DNA of 64,000 bases from an uncultured Candidatus Rokubacteria bacterium (GCA_963758635.1 CAVWWD010000005.1:320001-384000); one strand, 5' to 3'. Counted from the stretch's first letter, positions 9,981-21,199 are shown. Translations and numbers: made by a program. Notes: generated from the letters alone by a model not told the origin.

Positions 9981-11805
9981 ATGAAGCGTAGGCTCTTGAC
10001 CGCCCTGCTGATCCTGGTCGCCGCGGGGGGGCTCACCGGGGCCTACCTCTACACCCAGAGCACCGGCACCGCCCCGCGCTTCCGGACCCAGGCGGTCGCC
10101 CGCGGCCCCATGACCGCGGCGGTCTCGGCCACCGGCAACCTGAACGCGGTGGTGACCGTGCAGGTCGGCTCCCAGGTCTCCGGCCAGATCCGGGAGCTTT
10201 TCGCCGACTTCAACTCCCAGGTCAAGCGCGACCAGCTCGTCGCGCGCATCGACCCGCAGAGCTTCGAGGCCAAGGTGAGCCAGGCCCGGGCCGACGTGGA
10301 CGTCGCCGAGGCCGCGGTCCTGAACCAGCGCGCCCAGGTCGAGCGTGCCCGCGCCGACACCGACAACGCGCGGGCCGCCGCCGCCTCCGGCAAGGCCCAG
10401 ACGGCGAAGGCCGCGGTAGCCCTCCTCGACGCCAGGCGCGACCTCGACCGCAAGACTGGAAATGTTCCGCAAGGAGCTGATCGCCCGCAGCGACATCGAC
10501 TCCGCCCAGGCCGCGCACGACTCCGCCGAGGCCCAGCTCGAGTCGAGCCGCGCCCAGGAGCAGGCCCTGGCCTCCGCCATCCGGTCGTCCGAGGCCCAGC
10601 ACCGCGTGGTGGAGGCCCAGCTCAAGGCGTCGGAGGCCACGGTACGCCAGAAGCGCGCGGCGCTGCAGCAGGCCGAGGTGGACCTGACCTACACGGCCAT
10701 CCGCGCCCCCGTGGACGGCACGGTCGTCTCGCGCAACGTCGACGTGGGGCAGACGGTGGCGGCCAGCCTCCAGGCGCCCACGCTCTTCACGATCGCGCAG
10801 GACCTGACCAAGATGCAGATCGACACCAACGTCGACGAGGCCGACATCGGGCGCATGCAGGACGGCCAGTCCGTCACGTTCACCGTCGACTCGTTCCCGA
10901 ACCAGGTCTTCCCCGGCCGCGTGGTGCAGATCCGGAAGGCCCCGAAGCCGGTGCAGAACGTGGTGACGTACAACGTGGTGATCAGCGTCGACAACCCGGA
11001 CCAGAAGCTCCTGCCCGGCATGACCGCGAACGTCCGCGTGGTCGTGGAATCCCGCGACAACGTCCTGAAGGTCCCGAACACGGCGCTGCGCTTCCGGCCG
11101 CCCGGCGAGGAGCCGGCCCGGCCCACCCAGGCCGCGGGTCCCGGCCAGCCGGGCGGTGAGCGCCGGCCGGGCGGCGGGCTGCCTCCGATCGAGGAGATCC
11201 GCGACCGCCTCGTCCGCGAGCTCAAGCTCACCGAGGAGCAGCAGAAGAAGCTCGAGCCGATCCTGCAGGAGAGCCGCACGGCGTTCATGCAGCTCTCCCG
11301 GGTGGACCCGAAGCAGCGGCGCACCGCGGCCACGCGCATCCGCGAGGAGACGCGGCAGAAGATCCGCGCGATCCTCACGCCCGAGCAGCAGGCGGTCTAC
11401 GCGCAGCTCCCGTCCGGCCAGCCGGCGCGCGCCGGAGCGGAAGGCGCGGGCGGACGCGCCTACGTCCTGGAGCCCACGGGCAAGCCGGCGCCGGTGGCGT
11501 TGAGGCTCGGGATCAGCGACGGCACGTACACGGAAGTGCTCGGAGGAGACCTCAAGGAGGGCCAGGAGGTCGTGATCAGCGCGGCCACCGGCGGCGCCTC
11601 GGGCGCGGGGCGGCCGAGCTCGTCCGCGCCGGCCAGCGGCCCCCGGGTCCGCTCGGGCTCGATGACCCTCCAGGGTACGGTAACCGCCACGGGCCTCTAC
11701 ATCCCACCGCTCGGCATTGTCTATGCGCGGGGCTCACGAGTGACCTTCGCAGAATACGGTAACCGCCACGGGCCTCTACAATCCCACCGCTCGGCATTAG
11801 TCTGA
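9981..11805 (+). CDS. MacA-like periplasmic adaptor subunit (frameshift near 10455; 3' end runs into the repeat array)
   Basis: VQVGSQVSGQI, IRAPVDGTVVSRNVDVGQTVAAS, LLPGMTANV; true C-terminus probably near 11660. Confidence 0.85.
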
Positions 11806-11987
11806 TTGCGCGGGGCTCACGAGTGACCTTCGCAGAATACGGTAACCGCCACGGGCCTCTACAATCCCACCGCTCGGCATTGGTCTATTGCGCGGGGCTC
11901 ACGAGTGACCTTCGCAGAATACGGTAACCGCCACGGGCCTCTACAATCCCACCGCTCGGCATTAGTCTATTGCGCGGGGCTCACGAG
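11663..11987 (+). repeat. Tandem array of 4 copies of the ~82-bp MITE-like element (family 1)
   Basis: Units 11663-11740, 11741-11823, 11824-11905, 11906-11987; consensus TGACCTTCGCAGAATACGGTAACCGCCACGGGCCTCTACAATCCCACCGCTCGGCATTAGTCT(G)ATTGCGCGGGGCTCACGAG. Confidence 0.95.
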
Positions 11988-12743
<756 letters not shown>

Positions 12744-12747
<4 letters not shown>

Positions 12748-13976
12748 ACGTCCTCGCGTGCGCCCGCATCGCGCTCCGCGCGCTCCGCGTGAACAAGCTG
12801 CGCAGCATCCTCACCATGCTTGGCATCATCATCGGCGTGGGCGCGGTCATCGCCATGGTCTCGGTCGGCGCGGGCGCCCAGGCGCGCGTGGCCGAGCAGA
12901 TCCGGGCCCTCGGCTCGAACCTCATCATCGTGCTGCCGGGCAGCTCCGCCGCCACCGGCGTGCGCCTCGGCTACGGGACGCGCCCCACCATCACGCAGGA
13001 CGACGCGGCGGCGATCGCGCGGGAGATCCCCGCCGTCCACTCCACCGCGCCCAGCGTCCGGGGCCGCGACACCGTGGTGTGGGGCAACATGAACTGGTCC
13101 ACGACGATCCAGGGCACCACCCCGGACTACGAGGAGACGCGGCAGTGGCCGGCCCAGTCCGGACGGTACTTCAGCCGGGAGGAGCTGGAGTCCGCGGCCA
13201 AGGTGGTCCTGCTCGGGCAGACGGTGGCCGAGAACCTCTTCGGCGGCGGCGACCCCGTGGGCACCGTGGTCCGCGTGAGCGGCGTCCCGCTGACCGTGCT
13301 GGGCGTGCTGTCGCGCAAGGGGCAGTCGAGCTGGGGCCAGGATCAGGACGACCTCGTGGTCATCCCCATCACCACCGCGAACAAGCGCGTCCTCGGACCC
13401 ACGCAGCCCCTGCCCAGCTCGGTCAACGCCATCTCCATCCGGATCCGCGACGGGGAGAACATGAAGCCGGCCGAGGAGGAGATCAAGCTGCTCCTCCGCC
13501 AGCGCCACAGGCTGCAGGGATACCAGGAGGACGATTTCTGGCTCCGCAACCTCTCCGAGATGCTCCAGGCCGAGGAGGAATCGTCCCGGGTGCTCACGAT
13601 GCTGCTCGCCGCCATCGCCTCGGTGTCGCTCGTGGTGGGCGGGATCGGGATCATGAACATCATGCTCGTCTCGGTGACGGAGCGGACCCGCGAGATCGGC
13701 CTGCGGATGGCGGTGGGCGCCCGCGGCCGCGACATCCTGTTCCAGTTCCTGGTCGAGGCCGTCACGCTCTCGCTGATCGGCGGAGTGATCGGGATCGGGC
13801 TCGGGCTGGGCAGCGCGTACGCGCTCGCGTACCTGGCCGCGTGGCGCACGCTGATCAGCCCGGAGGCGATCATGATCGCGTTCGCCTTCTCGGGCGCGGT
13901 CGGGGTGTTCTTCGGCTTCTACCCGGCGCGGAAGGCGGCGCTGCTCAACCCGATCGAGGCGCTGCGCTACGAATGA
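12744..13976 (+). CDS. MacB/FtsX-type ABC permease
   Basis: [43 protein letters not shown]. Confidence 0.92.
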
Positions 13977-14362
13977 TCCTCCGGGCGCTCGCTCGCGTCG
14001 CGGTCGTCCTCCTGGCTGTCGCCGCCCTCGCCGGCGCCGGCGCGTCCCCCGCGCCCGCCCAGGTCTACACGCCGCAGTCGGGCTCGGGGCTCAGCGTGAG
14101 CTTCACCACCGAGCGCATGGGCGGCTCGCGCATGCTCGTCTTCGGCGAGGTGCGGAACGGGACCGGCACCACCTACGAGCGGGTGGTGGTCCTCGCCGAG
14201 GGCCTCGACGACAGCGGCAAGGTCGTCAGCCGGGCGCGCGGCTACGTCACCGGCACGGTCGGGCCCAAGACGAGCTCGTCCTTCGAGCTGCGCATGCTCG
14301 CCTCGGGGAGCGAGCGCCGGTACCGGGTGACCGTCGATTCGTTCCAGCAAGTCCAGAACTAG
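13973..14362 (+). CDS. Secreted Ig-like (FxLYD-like) hypothetical protein
   Basis: Signal peptide; 'GEVRNG...[14 protein letters not shown]'; ATGA overlap with the permease. Confidence 0.65.
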   Translation: MILRALARVAVVLLAVAALAGAGASPAPAQVYTPQSGSGLSVSFTTERMGGSRMLVFGEVRNGTGTTYERVVVLAEGLDDSGKVVSRARGYVTGTVGPKTSSSFELRMLASGSERRYRVTVDSFQQVQN

Positions 14363-14375
14363 TGATGGGCGTCGC

Positions 14376-14909
14376 GTGACGAAGGCCCGCCGCGCGGGGG
14401 CCCGTCGTTCGCGTCCGCGCGCCCAGCCCGCGCCTCGCGCCTCCGTCAGCCGGCCCCGGCCGCGACCGTCCCCGGCGGCGGCAATCGAGGAGCGCGGCCT
14501 GCCCATCGTGCGCGAGCTGCACCGGATCGCGTCGGGCCGCGGCGCGCCGGTCGTCAAGCTCGAGGGCGCGCTGGAGGTGCTCTTCGGCGCCCTCGGCGAG
14601 TCCGACCCGCAGTTCTCGGGGCTGGTGCTGAGCGGCTGGATGCGCGCCCGCGACGACAAGGTGTTCCGCCTCACCATGGCGTGGCTACGGGAGCAGATCC
14701 GGCTCTCGGTCGAGGAGATCGTGGCCGAGGGTCAGGCCGCGGGGGCGTTCCGCGCCGACCTCGAGCCGGGCCCGGCGGCGGCGGTCGTCGTGGGGGCGGC
14801 GGAGGGCTGTCTGCTTCAGACCGCCACCCAGGGGGGCGCCGTGCCTCCCGCCAAGATCCTCCAGGCTTTGTTGAGGCTCCTGGGCACCAGCGCGGCCGAT
14901 GCGACGTGA
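14376..14909 (+). CDS. TetR C-terminal-like domain protein lacking an evident HTH
   Basis: 'EIVAEGQAAGAFRADL' TetR_C motif; basic low-complexity N-terminus. Confidence 0.65.
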   Translation: MTKARRAGARRSRPRAQPAPRASVSRPRPRPSPAAAIEERGLPIVRELHRIASGRGAPVVKLEGALEVLFGALGESDPQFSGLVLSGWMRARDDKVFRLTMAWLREQIRLSVEEIVAEGQAAGAFRADLEPGPAAAVVVGAAEGCLLQTATQGGAVPPAKILQALLRLLGTSAADAT

Positions 14910-15000
14910 CGCCAGGCCTTGTTGAGGCTCCTGGGCACCGGCGCGGCCGACGCGACGTGCCGCCCGGCCTGTTGAGGCTCCTGGGCGCCAGCGCGGCCGC
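14861..15000 (+). repeat. ~51-bp tandem repeat, about 3 copies, duplicating the 3' end of the TetR-like gene
   Basis: GTTGAGGCTCCTGGGC(A/G)CC(A/G)GCGCGGCCG at about 14870, 14921 and 14971. Confidence 0.85.
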
Positions 15001-15016
15001 GCGCTGCTGAAACGGA

Positions 15017-15388
15017 CTACCGCGGCTTGAGCTCGATCAGGTAGCCGTCGGGATCGCGGAGGTAGAGCGACGGCCCGGTGCCGAACGCGCCGCGGCGCTC
15101 CACCACCGGGCCCTCCAGCGCGATGCCGTCGGCGACCAGCGCCTCACGGAGGGCGGGAAGGTCGGCGCAGCGGATCGACAGGCAGAAGTGGTCCATGCCC
15201 GCTTCGCCCCGCTGCCCGGGCAGGAGGTCGATGAGCGCCTCGCCGAACCGGAGCTGCAGGAGCGAGATCCGCTCGTTGAAGTGGTCGACGCGGCAGCCGA
15301 GCACGTCGGTGTAGAACCGCTGGGACGCCGCCTGGTCGCGAACGCGCAGCACCACGTGATCCAGCCCGAGCGGCTCGAACAGTCCCAT
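15017..15388 (-). CDS. VOC/glyoxalase family protein
   Basis: LDHVVLRVRD...FYTDVLG; DHFCL; LYLRDPDGYLIEL. Confidence 0.88.
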   Translation of the reverse strand: MGLFEPLGLDHVVLRVRDQAASQRFYTDVLGCRVDHFNERISLLQLRFGEALIDLLPGQRGEAGMDHFCLSIRCADLPALREALVADGIALEGPVVERRGAFGTGPSLYLRDPDGYLIELKPR

Positions 15389-15454
15389 GGCGCCCACCAT
15401 ACGCGGGCCCGGGCGGGCGATCAAGTTGACCGTCCTCCGGCGCCCCCGTAGCAT

Positions 15455-15540
15455 CTAGTGAGCCTCGCGCATCAGACTCAATGCCGAGCGGTGGGACTGT
15501 AGAGGCCCGTGGCGATTACCGTATTCTGCGAGGGTCATTG
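15455..15540 (-). mobile_element. Solo copy of family-1 MITE-like element
   Basis: CTAGTGAGCCTCGCGCATCAGAC...ATTCTGCGAGGGTCA is the reverse complement of the array unit; lies between divergent genes. Confidence 0.85.
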
Positions 15541-15544
15541 AACC

Positions 15545-16281
15545 GTGCGCGCGCTGTCCGTCGCTCTCGTCCTGGTCGTAGCATCCGCCGGACCCGCGCT
15601 CGCGCAGTCCCCCTCGCCGCCGAGGCGCGCGCCTTCTCCACGCGCTACCACGAGGACCTGCCGCGCCTGGACCGCCTGTACACCGGGCTCACCGAGGCGG
15701 TCAAGGCCGACCCCCACCTGGACAACCTCCTCGCCTACGCGCAGATCTGCTTCATCTGGGGCGACGTCCGCGCCGGTACGACGGAAGCGAAGCTCGAGGC
15801 CTACGATCGCGGCCGGCAGGCCGCGGTGCGTGCCGCCGAGCTGGCGCCGCGGAACGCGCTCGCCCACTTCTGGGTCGCCACCAACGCCGGTCGCTGGGGG
15901 CAGACCAAGGGCGTGATGCGCTCGCTGTTCCTGCTTCCCACCGTGAAGCGGGAGATGGCCGCCGCCCTCGACCTCGACCCGACGTTCCCCGCCGTCTACT
16001 CGCTGGCCGGCAGCGTCTACTACGAGGTGCCGGGCTTCGCCGGAGGCGACCTCGAGAAGTCGGAGGCGATGTTCAGGAAGGGCCTGGGGATCGATCCCCG
16101 GTTCACCGGGCTCCGCGTGGGGCTGGCCCGCACGCTGGTCAAGCGCCAGCGCGTCGAGGAGGCGCGCCGGGAGCTCCGGCTGGTGCTCGATGAGAAGGAG
16201 CCCAGCAACCCGGCGGACTGGGCGGTCAAGGACGTGAAGCACGCGCGCGAGCTGCTCGAGTCGCTGACGGGCCGGCCGTGA
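15545..16281 (+). CDS. Secreted TPR protein (TatT-like; frameshift near 15612)
   Basis: Signal peptide in ORF 15545; TPR helices 'AHFWVATNAGRWG', 'YEVPGFAGGD' in the other frame. Confidence 0.7.
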
Positions 16282-16994
16282 GCCCTCGGCCTCGAGGTCC
16301 GTCGCGGTCACACGCACCGTCCCGCCCGACGGCCTCGCGGCCCGCGCCTGCCATCGGACGCGTCATCGCGCGCCTGCGGCGCGAGGCGCCGCGCTGGCGG
16401 CCCACCGCCCTCGCCGAGGTGGCCGATCGCCGCCGTGATCCCTTCCGCGTGCTCATCGCGTGCCTGCTCTCCCTGCGCACGAAGGACGAGACGACCGGCC
16501 CCGCCTCGGAGCGCCTGTTCGCGCTCGCCGACACCCCGGACGCGATGCTCAGGCTCACGACCTGGCAGATCGAGCGCGCGATCTTCCCGGTGGGCTTCTA
16601 CCGGACGAAGGCGGGCGTGATCCACGGCGTGTGCCGCGACGTCCTCGAACGCTTCGGCGGACAGGTGCCCGACACGATCGACGGGCTCCTGACCTTGAAG
16701 GGCGTGGGCCGGAAGACCGCGAACCTCGTCGTGACCGTGGGCTTCGGCAAGCCAGGCATCTGCGTCGACGTGCACGTGCACCGGATCTCGAACCGCCTCG
16801 GGTACGTGCGCACGGAGGAGCCGGAGGAGACGGAGATGGCGCTCCGCGCGAAGCTGCCGCGGCGGTACTGGATCGGCTACAACGACCTGCTGGTGGCCTT
16901 CGGGCAGAACGTCTGCCAGCCCGTCTCCCCGCGCTGCTCGACGTGTCCGGTGACCGCGCTGTGCCCGCGCGTGGGCGTCACCCGCTCACGGTGA
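16278..16994 (+). CDS. nth: Endonuclease III
   Basis: HhH LKGVGRKTAN, VDVHVHR, CQPVSPRCSTCPVTALC Fe-S motif. Confidence 0.92.
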   Translation: MSPRPRGPSRSHAPSRPTASRPAPAIGRVIARLRREAPRWRPTALAEVADRRRDPFRVLIACLLSLRTKDETTGPASERLFALADTPDAMLRLTTWQIERAIFPVGFYRTKAGVIHGVCRDVLERFGGQVPDTIDGLLTLKGVGRKTANLVVTVGFGKPGICVDVHVHRISNRLGYVRTEEPEETEMALRAKLPRRYWIGYNDLLVAFGQNVCQPVSPRCSTCPVTALCPRVGVTRSR

Positions 16995-17031
16995 GCCCGG
17001 CCGCCGTCAGCCACGTGCGGCCCCGCGCGCC

Positions 17032-17550
17032 TCACCCGCCGAGGAGCTCACGGATCCGACGCTCGCGGTACGCAAAGAGCGAGGCGAGCTGCCGCCGGAC
17101 CGCCACCGCGTGCACGAGATCGCCCAGCGGGCCGAGCGGAAGGCCGTAGGTGATGCGGTCGATCACCCACGTGCCCACGGGGCCCGCCCCGTCCGACCAC
17201 CCGGGGCCCGTCGCGCCGTCCGATGCGATGTCGGCGGTGGCGGGCCCCTCGACGAAGCGGTGCAGGTGCTCCCAGCGCCGGAAGGGCCCGCGGAGCTGCA
17301 CGTCGACGAACCGGTACGGCGGATCGAACTCGCGGACGATCACGCGCCAGCGGACGGGCACGACGAGGACGCGCACGGAGAAGTCGAGCACGGCGCCGGC
17401 GGCAAGCACGGGGGGCGGCGGCGCGAGCCAGGAGAGCGCCGCCGAAGGCGGGTTCACGGCGGGCAGGTTCTCCGGCGCGGCGAAGAAGGCGAAGACCTCA
17501 GGACGCGGGCGCGGCACCCAGACGCGCCGGAGCAGGACGAAGTCTGCCAT
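17032..17550 (-). CDS. SRPBCC family protein
   Basis: EVFAFF..PENL, FVDVQLRGPFRRWEH.H, DRITYGLPLG. Confidence 0.85.
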   Translation of the reverse strand: MADFVLLRRVWVPRPRPEVFAFFAAPENLPAVNPPSAALSWLAPPPPVLAAGAVLDFSVRVLVVPVRWRVIVREFDPPYRFVDVQLRGPFRRWEHLHRFVEGPATADIASDGATGPGWSDGAGPVGTWVIDRITYGLPLGPLGDLVHAVAVRRQLASLFAYRERRIRELLGG

Positions 17551-17652
17551 GAGCGCCGCGCTATCATACGGAGGCGCTCGGGCCCCGTCAAACGAAGAGG
17601 CTGACCGGCCCGGCGCGCCGGCCGGCGCCCGGCGGCGCCGGCCCCTGCCGCG

Positions 17653-18117
17653 TCAGAGCTTCTTGACCTCGGCGAGGATCTTGTCGGGCTCCGGGAGCTC
17701 GCCGCGCCCGTAGCGCTCGACGAACCGCACGATGCCGTTGCCGTCGACGATGAAGGTCGCGCGCACGTTGGCGTTCCACTCCGGCCAGTACACGCCGTAG
17801 TCCTTGGCCACCGACCGCTGGAGGTCGGACAGGAGCGGATAGTTCGAGATGCCGACCGAGCGCGCCCAGTTCTCGTGGCTGAAGGGGCTGTCCGTGCTGA
17901 TACCCAGCACCTGGGTATTCGCCGCCTCGAAGTCCTTCACGCGTCTATCGAAGGCGGGCATGCACGTCGATCACCCCGGCGTCCAGTCCAGCGGGTAGAA
18001 CAGCAGCACGACGTTCTTCCCCGCGTAGTCCGAGAGGCTGACCTCCTTGAGGCCGACCGTCCTCAGCGTGAAGCCCGGCGCTCGATCTCCCACGCCCAGC
18101 GTCGTCTGCTCGCTCAT
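17653..18117 (-). CDS. AhpC/TSA (AhpE-like) peroxiredoxin, probable selenoprotein (UGA at 17971-17973)
   Basis: ORFs 17971..18222 and 17653..17961 are in one frame: FYPLDWTPG-UGA-STCMPAF...GISTDS...PLLSD...RATFIVD; 154 aa with readthrough. Confidence 0.88.
17922..17970 (-). promoter_or_regulatory. Candidate SECIS hairpin 3' of the in-frame UGA
   Basis: mRNA UGA-UCGACGUGCAUGCCCGCCUUCGAUAGACGCGUGAAGG can pair CAUGC/GCGUG or CCUUC/GAAGG with a G-containing loop; contains an AGA codon, unexpected at this GC content. Confidence 0.45.
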
Positions 18118-18226
18118 TCCCACGATCCCCCCCTCTGAGGTGTGAAAGAACGCGGCTTTCGGCGTCAGCGAGCGGGCCAACGTCGCGACTCTGCGGGCCA
18201 ACGCTGCCTGCCGTCTCGCCATTCAT

Positions 18227-19165
18227 TCACGATCCCTCTGCGCGCCTCGGGCGCCTTTCCATCCTACCGGCGGAGGTCGTCCCGCTCAATCGCCGCGCCA
18301 TCCGCGTGGCCGGCTTGCGTCGTGTGCCCCAGAGCGTGCGCCGGCGGGCCTCCAGCGGTTCGTCGGCCCGGCCGAGGAAGCCGGCGGCCGTCACCACGCG
18401 GCCGGTCTCCCACAGGGCCCGGAAGCGCTCGGGATACTGCTCGCCGCGCAGGGCGTGGTGGTCGAGGATCACGCGGCAGCCCGTGCGGTCGATGATCCGC
18501 CGCAGGTGCTCGATCCCCTGCTCGATGAGCGGGCGGCCGACCTGCGACTCCAGGTACGCGGGCGGCCCGGACAGGTAGAGCACGCTCGGGCGCTCGCGCT
18601 CGAGGTAGGCGGCAGCCACCGGCGAGAGCGGGCCCTGGACGTCGGAGGCGTGGACGAAGCGCGTGCCCTCCCGCCGGTCCGTGACGGTGAGGGCCACCAC
18701 GTAGCCGAGGCTCGTGCCCTCGAGCCCGTGGGCCAGCGGCGGCGAGGCCTGGAGCACGCAGTCGGGCGTCTCGAAGCGCCGGCCCTCCGCGGCGTCGATC
18801 CGGCACCGCCGCTCGAGGCCCTTCCAGAGGTCCGACGCGCGCCCGGCCTGGCGCGGCACGATCATCCGGCGCGGGTCCTTCGCCCACACCGACCGGCCCT
18901 CGTAGAGCGACGGGTCGTAGCGGAAGTGGTCCTCGTGGTAGTGGCTGACGAAGAGCCACGTGGCCCGCGCCGCGTACGCGCTGATGCGGTCGTTGGCGCG
19001 CCGGAGGGCCTCCCACTCCTCCTCGGCGGGGGGCAGCCCGTAGCGGCTCGCCCCGAGGGACGCTCCGGGATCGATGAGCACGCGCGTGTCGCCGCACTCC
19101 ACGTAGGTGGCAACCGAGCGCACGCCGAGCGACTCCGCGGCGAGCGGGACGATGCTCAGCGCCAC
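18227..19165 (-). CDS. MBL-fold metallo-hydrolase, UPF0282/COG2248-like
   Basis: AAESLGVRS, IDPG.SLG..RYGLPP, SHYHEDH, HASDVQGP, LDHHALR. Confidence 0.8.
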   Translation of the reverse strand: MALSIVPLAAESLGVRSVATYVECGDTRVLIDPGASLGASRYGLPPAEEEWEALRRANDRISAYAARATWLFVSHYHEDHFRYDPSLYEGRSVWAKDPRRMIVPRQAGRASDLWKGLERRCRIDAAEGRRFETPDCVLQASPPLAHGLEGTSLGYVVALTVTDRREGTRFVHASDVQGPLSPVAAAYLERERPSVLYLSGPPAYLESQVGRPLIEQGIEHLRRIIDRTGCRVILDHHALRGEQYPERFRALWETGRVVTAAGFLGRADEPLEARRRTLWGTRRKPATRMARRLSGTTSAGRMERRPRRAEGS

Positions 19166-19301
19166 GGCGACTCCCCCGAGGCGCGCGTCATCGCCCCGCC
19201 CCCTTTGGGCGCGGGTTGGGAAGGAACGCGCACGTGGGTTTCGGCGAGAGAGATGACACCGCGATTCTGCGAACACCCGGCGTGCCGTCTCGCCATTTTG
19301 T

Positions 19302-19784
19302 TCACGGTCGCTCCGCCGGCTCCTGGCGCACGTCCACCTCGCGCCCGCCGGTGATCCGCACCAGCTCCTCCGCGGTCAGCGGAAACACGCACTCCGGCAC
19401 GCCGGCGGCGGCGTAGATCGTCTCGTAGCGGCGGAGGTCGCGGTCGATGTACACGGGCAGCGTCGACGGGTGCGCCACGGGCGGAACGCCGCCGATCGCG
19501 TAGCCCGTGGCCTGCCGGACCGTCTCGGGGTCGGCCCGGCGCACGCGGCCGCCGGCGAGCGCGCCGAGCTTGGCCTCGTCCACCCGGTTGACGCCCGAGG
19601 CGATGACGAGCACGGGGCTGCCGTTCACCGTGAACACGAGCGACTTGGCGATCTGGGCCACCTGGACCCCGAGCGCGTCGGCGGCCTGCTGCGACGTGCG
19701 GGCGTCGACCGCGAGCTCGACGATCTGCCGGTCCAGGCCGAAGGCGGCGAGGGCGTCGCGGACCCGCTGCGCCGCGGGCTTCAC
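19302..19784 (-). CDS. YbaK/EbsC aminoacyl-tRNA deacylase family
   Basis: QIAKSLVF, TGYAIGGVPP, IYAAAG. Confidence 0.9.
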   Translation of the reverse strand: MKPAAQRVRDALAAFGLDRQIVELAVDARTSQQAADALGVQVAQIAKSLVFTVNGSPVLVIASGVNRVDEAKLGALAGGRVRRADPETVRQATGYAIGGVPPVAHPSTLPVYIDRDLRRYETIYAAAGVPECVFPLTAEELVRITGGREVDVRQEPAERP

Positions 19785-19809
19785 CGTGTCCTCCGCCCGC
19801 GCCGCGGGG

Positions 19810-20838
19810 TCACAGGACGAGCTCCGCCATCAGCCGCACCGCCTCGGGACGGCGCGCCGCGCAGATCAGCGTCGTCACGCCCGAGGCATTCCAGGCATCG
19901 AGCCGGTCGCGGATGCGCTCGCGCGGTCCGCAGAGCGCGACCTCGTCCACGAGCGCGTCGGGCACCGCGGCCACCGCGGCATCCCGCTGCCCGCCCAGGT
20001 AGAGGTCCTGGATCCGGCGGGCGTCGGCCTCGTAGCCGTACCGGCACACCAGCTCGTTGTAGAAGTTCTTGCCGCGCGCGCCCATGCCGCCCACGTACAG
20101 CGCGAGCTGCGGCTTCACCACCGCCCGGCACGCCGCGACGTCGTCGCCCGGGACCACCGCCACGGTGGGCGCCATGTCGAAGGTGGCGAGGGACTTCCCG
20201 CCGCCCGCCACGCGGAACCCCGCGTCGAGCGACTCGCGGAACACGCCGGCGCGCTCGGGCGAGAAGAAGATCGGCAGGAAGCCGTCGGCGATCTCCGCGG
20301 CGAGGGCGACGTTCCGCGGCCCGATCGCGGCCAGGTAGATCGGGATGTCGGAGCGGCCGTGGAGGATGGACTTCAGCGGCTTGCCGAGCCCGGTCGCGTC
20401 GGCCCCCCGGTACGGGATCTGGTAGTACGCGCCCGTGAACTCCACCGCCTTCTCGCGGCGCCAGATCGTGCGGACCACCTCCACGTACTCGCGCGTGCGC
20501 GCGAGCGGCTTGCCGAAGGGCACGCCGTGCCATCCCTCCACCACTTGCGGGCCCGAGACGCCGAGGCCGAGCAGGAACCGGCCGCCCGAGAGCTGGTCGA
20601 GGGTCAGCGCCGTCGTCGCGGTGAGCGCGGGTGTCCGGGCGGCGATCTGCATGATCGCCGTGCCCACGCGGATGCGCTCGGTGCGCGCGGCCACCCACGT
20701 GAGCGGCGTCACCGCATCGGAGCCGTAGGCCTCCGCGGACCACACCGAGTGATAGCCGAGGCGGTCCGCCTCCAGGACGAGGGAGAGGTCGATGCCGGCC
20801 GCGGAGCCGGAGTAGCCGAGGTTCAGTCCGAGGCGCAT
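19810..20838 (-). CDS. LLM class F420-dependent oxidoreductase
   Basis: [40 protein letters not shown]. Confidence 0.9.
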   Translation of the reverse strand: MRLGLNLGYSGSAAGIDLSLVLEADRLGYHSVWSAEAYGSDAVTPLTWVAARTERIRVGTAIMQIAARTPALTATTALTLDQLSGGRFLLGLGVSGPQVVEGWHGVPFGKPLARTREYVEVVRTIWRREKAVEFTGAYYQIPYRGADATGLGKPLKSILHGRSDIPIYLAAIGPRNVALAAEIADGFLPIFFSPERAGVFRESLDAGFRVAGGGKSLATFDMAPTVAVVPGDDVAACRAVVKPQLALYVGGMGARGKNFYNELVCRYGYEADARRIQDLYLGGQRDAAVAAVPDALVDEVALCGPRERIRDRLDAWNASGVTTLICAARRPEAVRLMAELVL

Positions 20839-20854
20839 GGCGTGGTCTCGCGAG

Positions 20855-21199
20855 TCAGAGGCGCAGCAAGGCGGCGAGGGCCAGCGGCCGGCTGCGCGGC
20901 GGGCCCTGCCACCGGTATCGAGGAAGGGCGACACGGCCGCGCCGGATCACGACGCGCTCCTGCTCGAGCCGGATCCGCTGCGTGACCATCCCGTCCACGT
21001 TCGCGCGCAGGCTGATGCCTCCCTGGGCGTTCACCACCCGGTGCCACGGCACGCCCTCGGGGCAGTGCCGCATGGCGTAGCCGACGGCGCGGGCGGCGCG
21101 CGGCGCCCCGAGGAGGGCGGCGATCTGGCCATACGTCATCACGCGTCCCCTCGGGATGCGGCGCACCATCGCGAACACCGCACGGTAAAACCGATTCAC
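20855..21199 (-). CDS. atl: Alkyltransferase-like (ATL) DNA-binding protein
   Basis: [23 protein letters not shown] (Trp replacing the MGMT Cys). Confidence 0.85.
   Translation of the reverse strand: MNRFYRAVFAMVRRIPRGRVMTYGQIAALLGAPRAARAVGYAMRHCPEGVPWHRVVNAQGGISLRANVDGMVTQRIRLEQERVVIRRGRVALPRYRWQGPPRSRPLALAALLRL

Noticed and set aside
11663..11987. CRISPR array interpretation of the tandem repeat
   Set aside because: Units are near-identical over their whole length with no unique spacers, no cas genes are present, and solo copies occur elsewhere
18118..18226. Sigma-54 promoter upstream of the peroxiredoxin (TTGGC repeats)
   Set aside because: GG-N10-GC spacing is not satisfied
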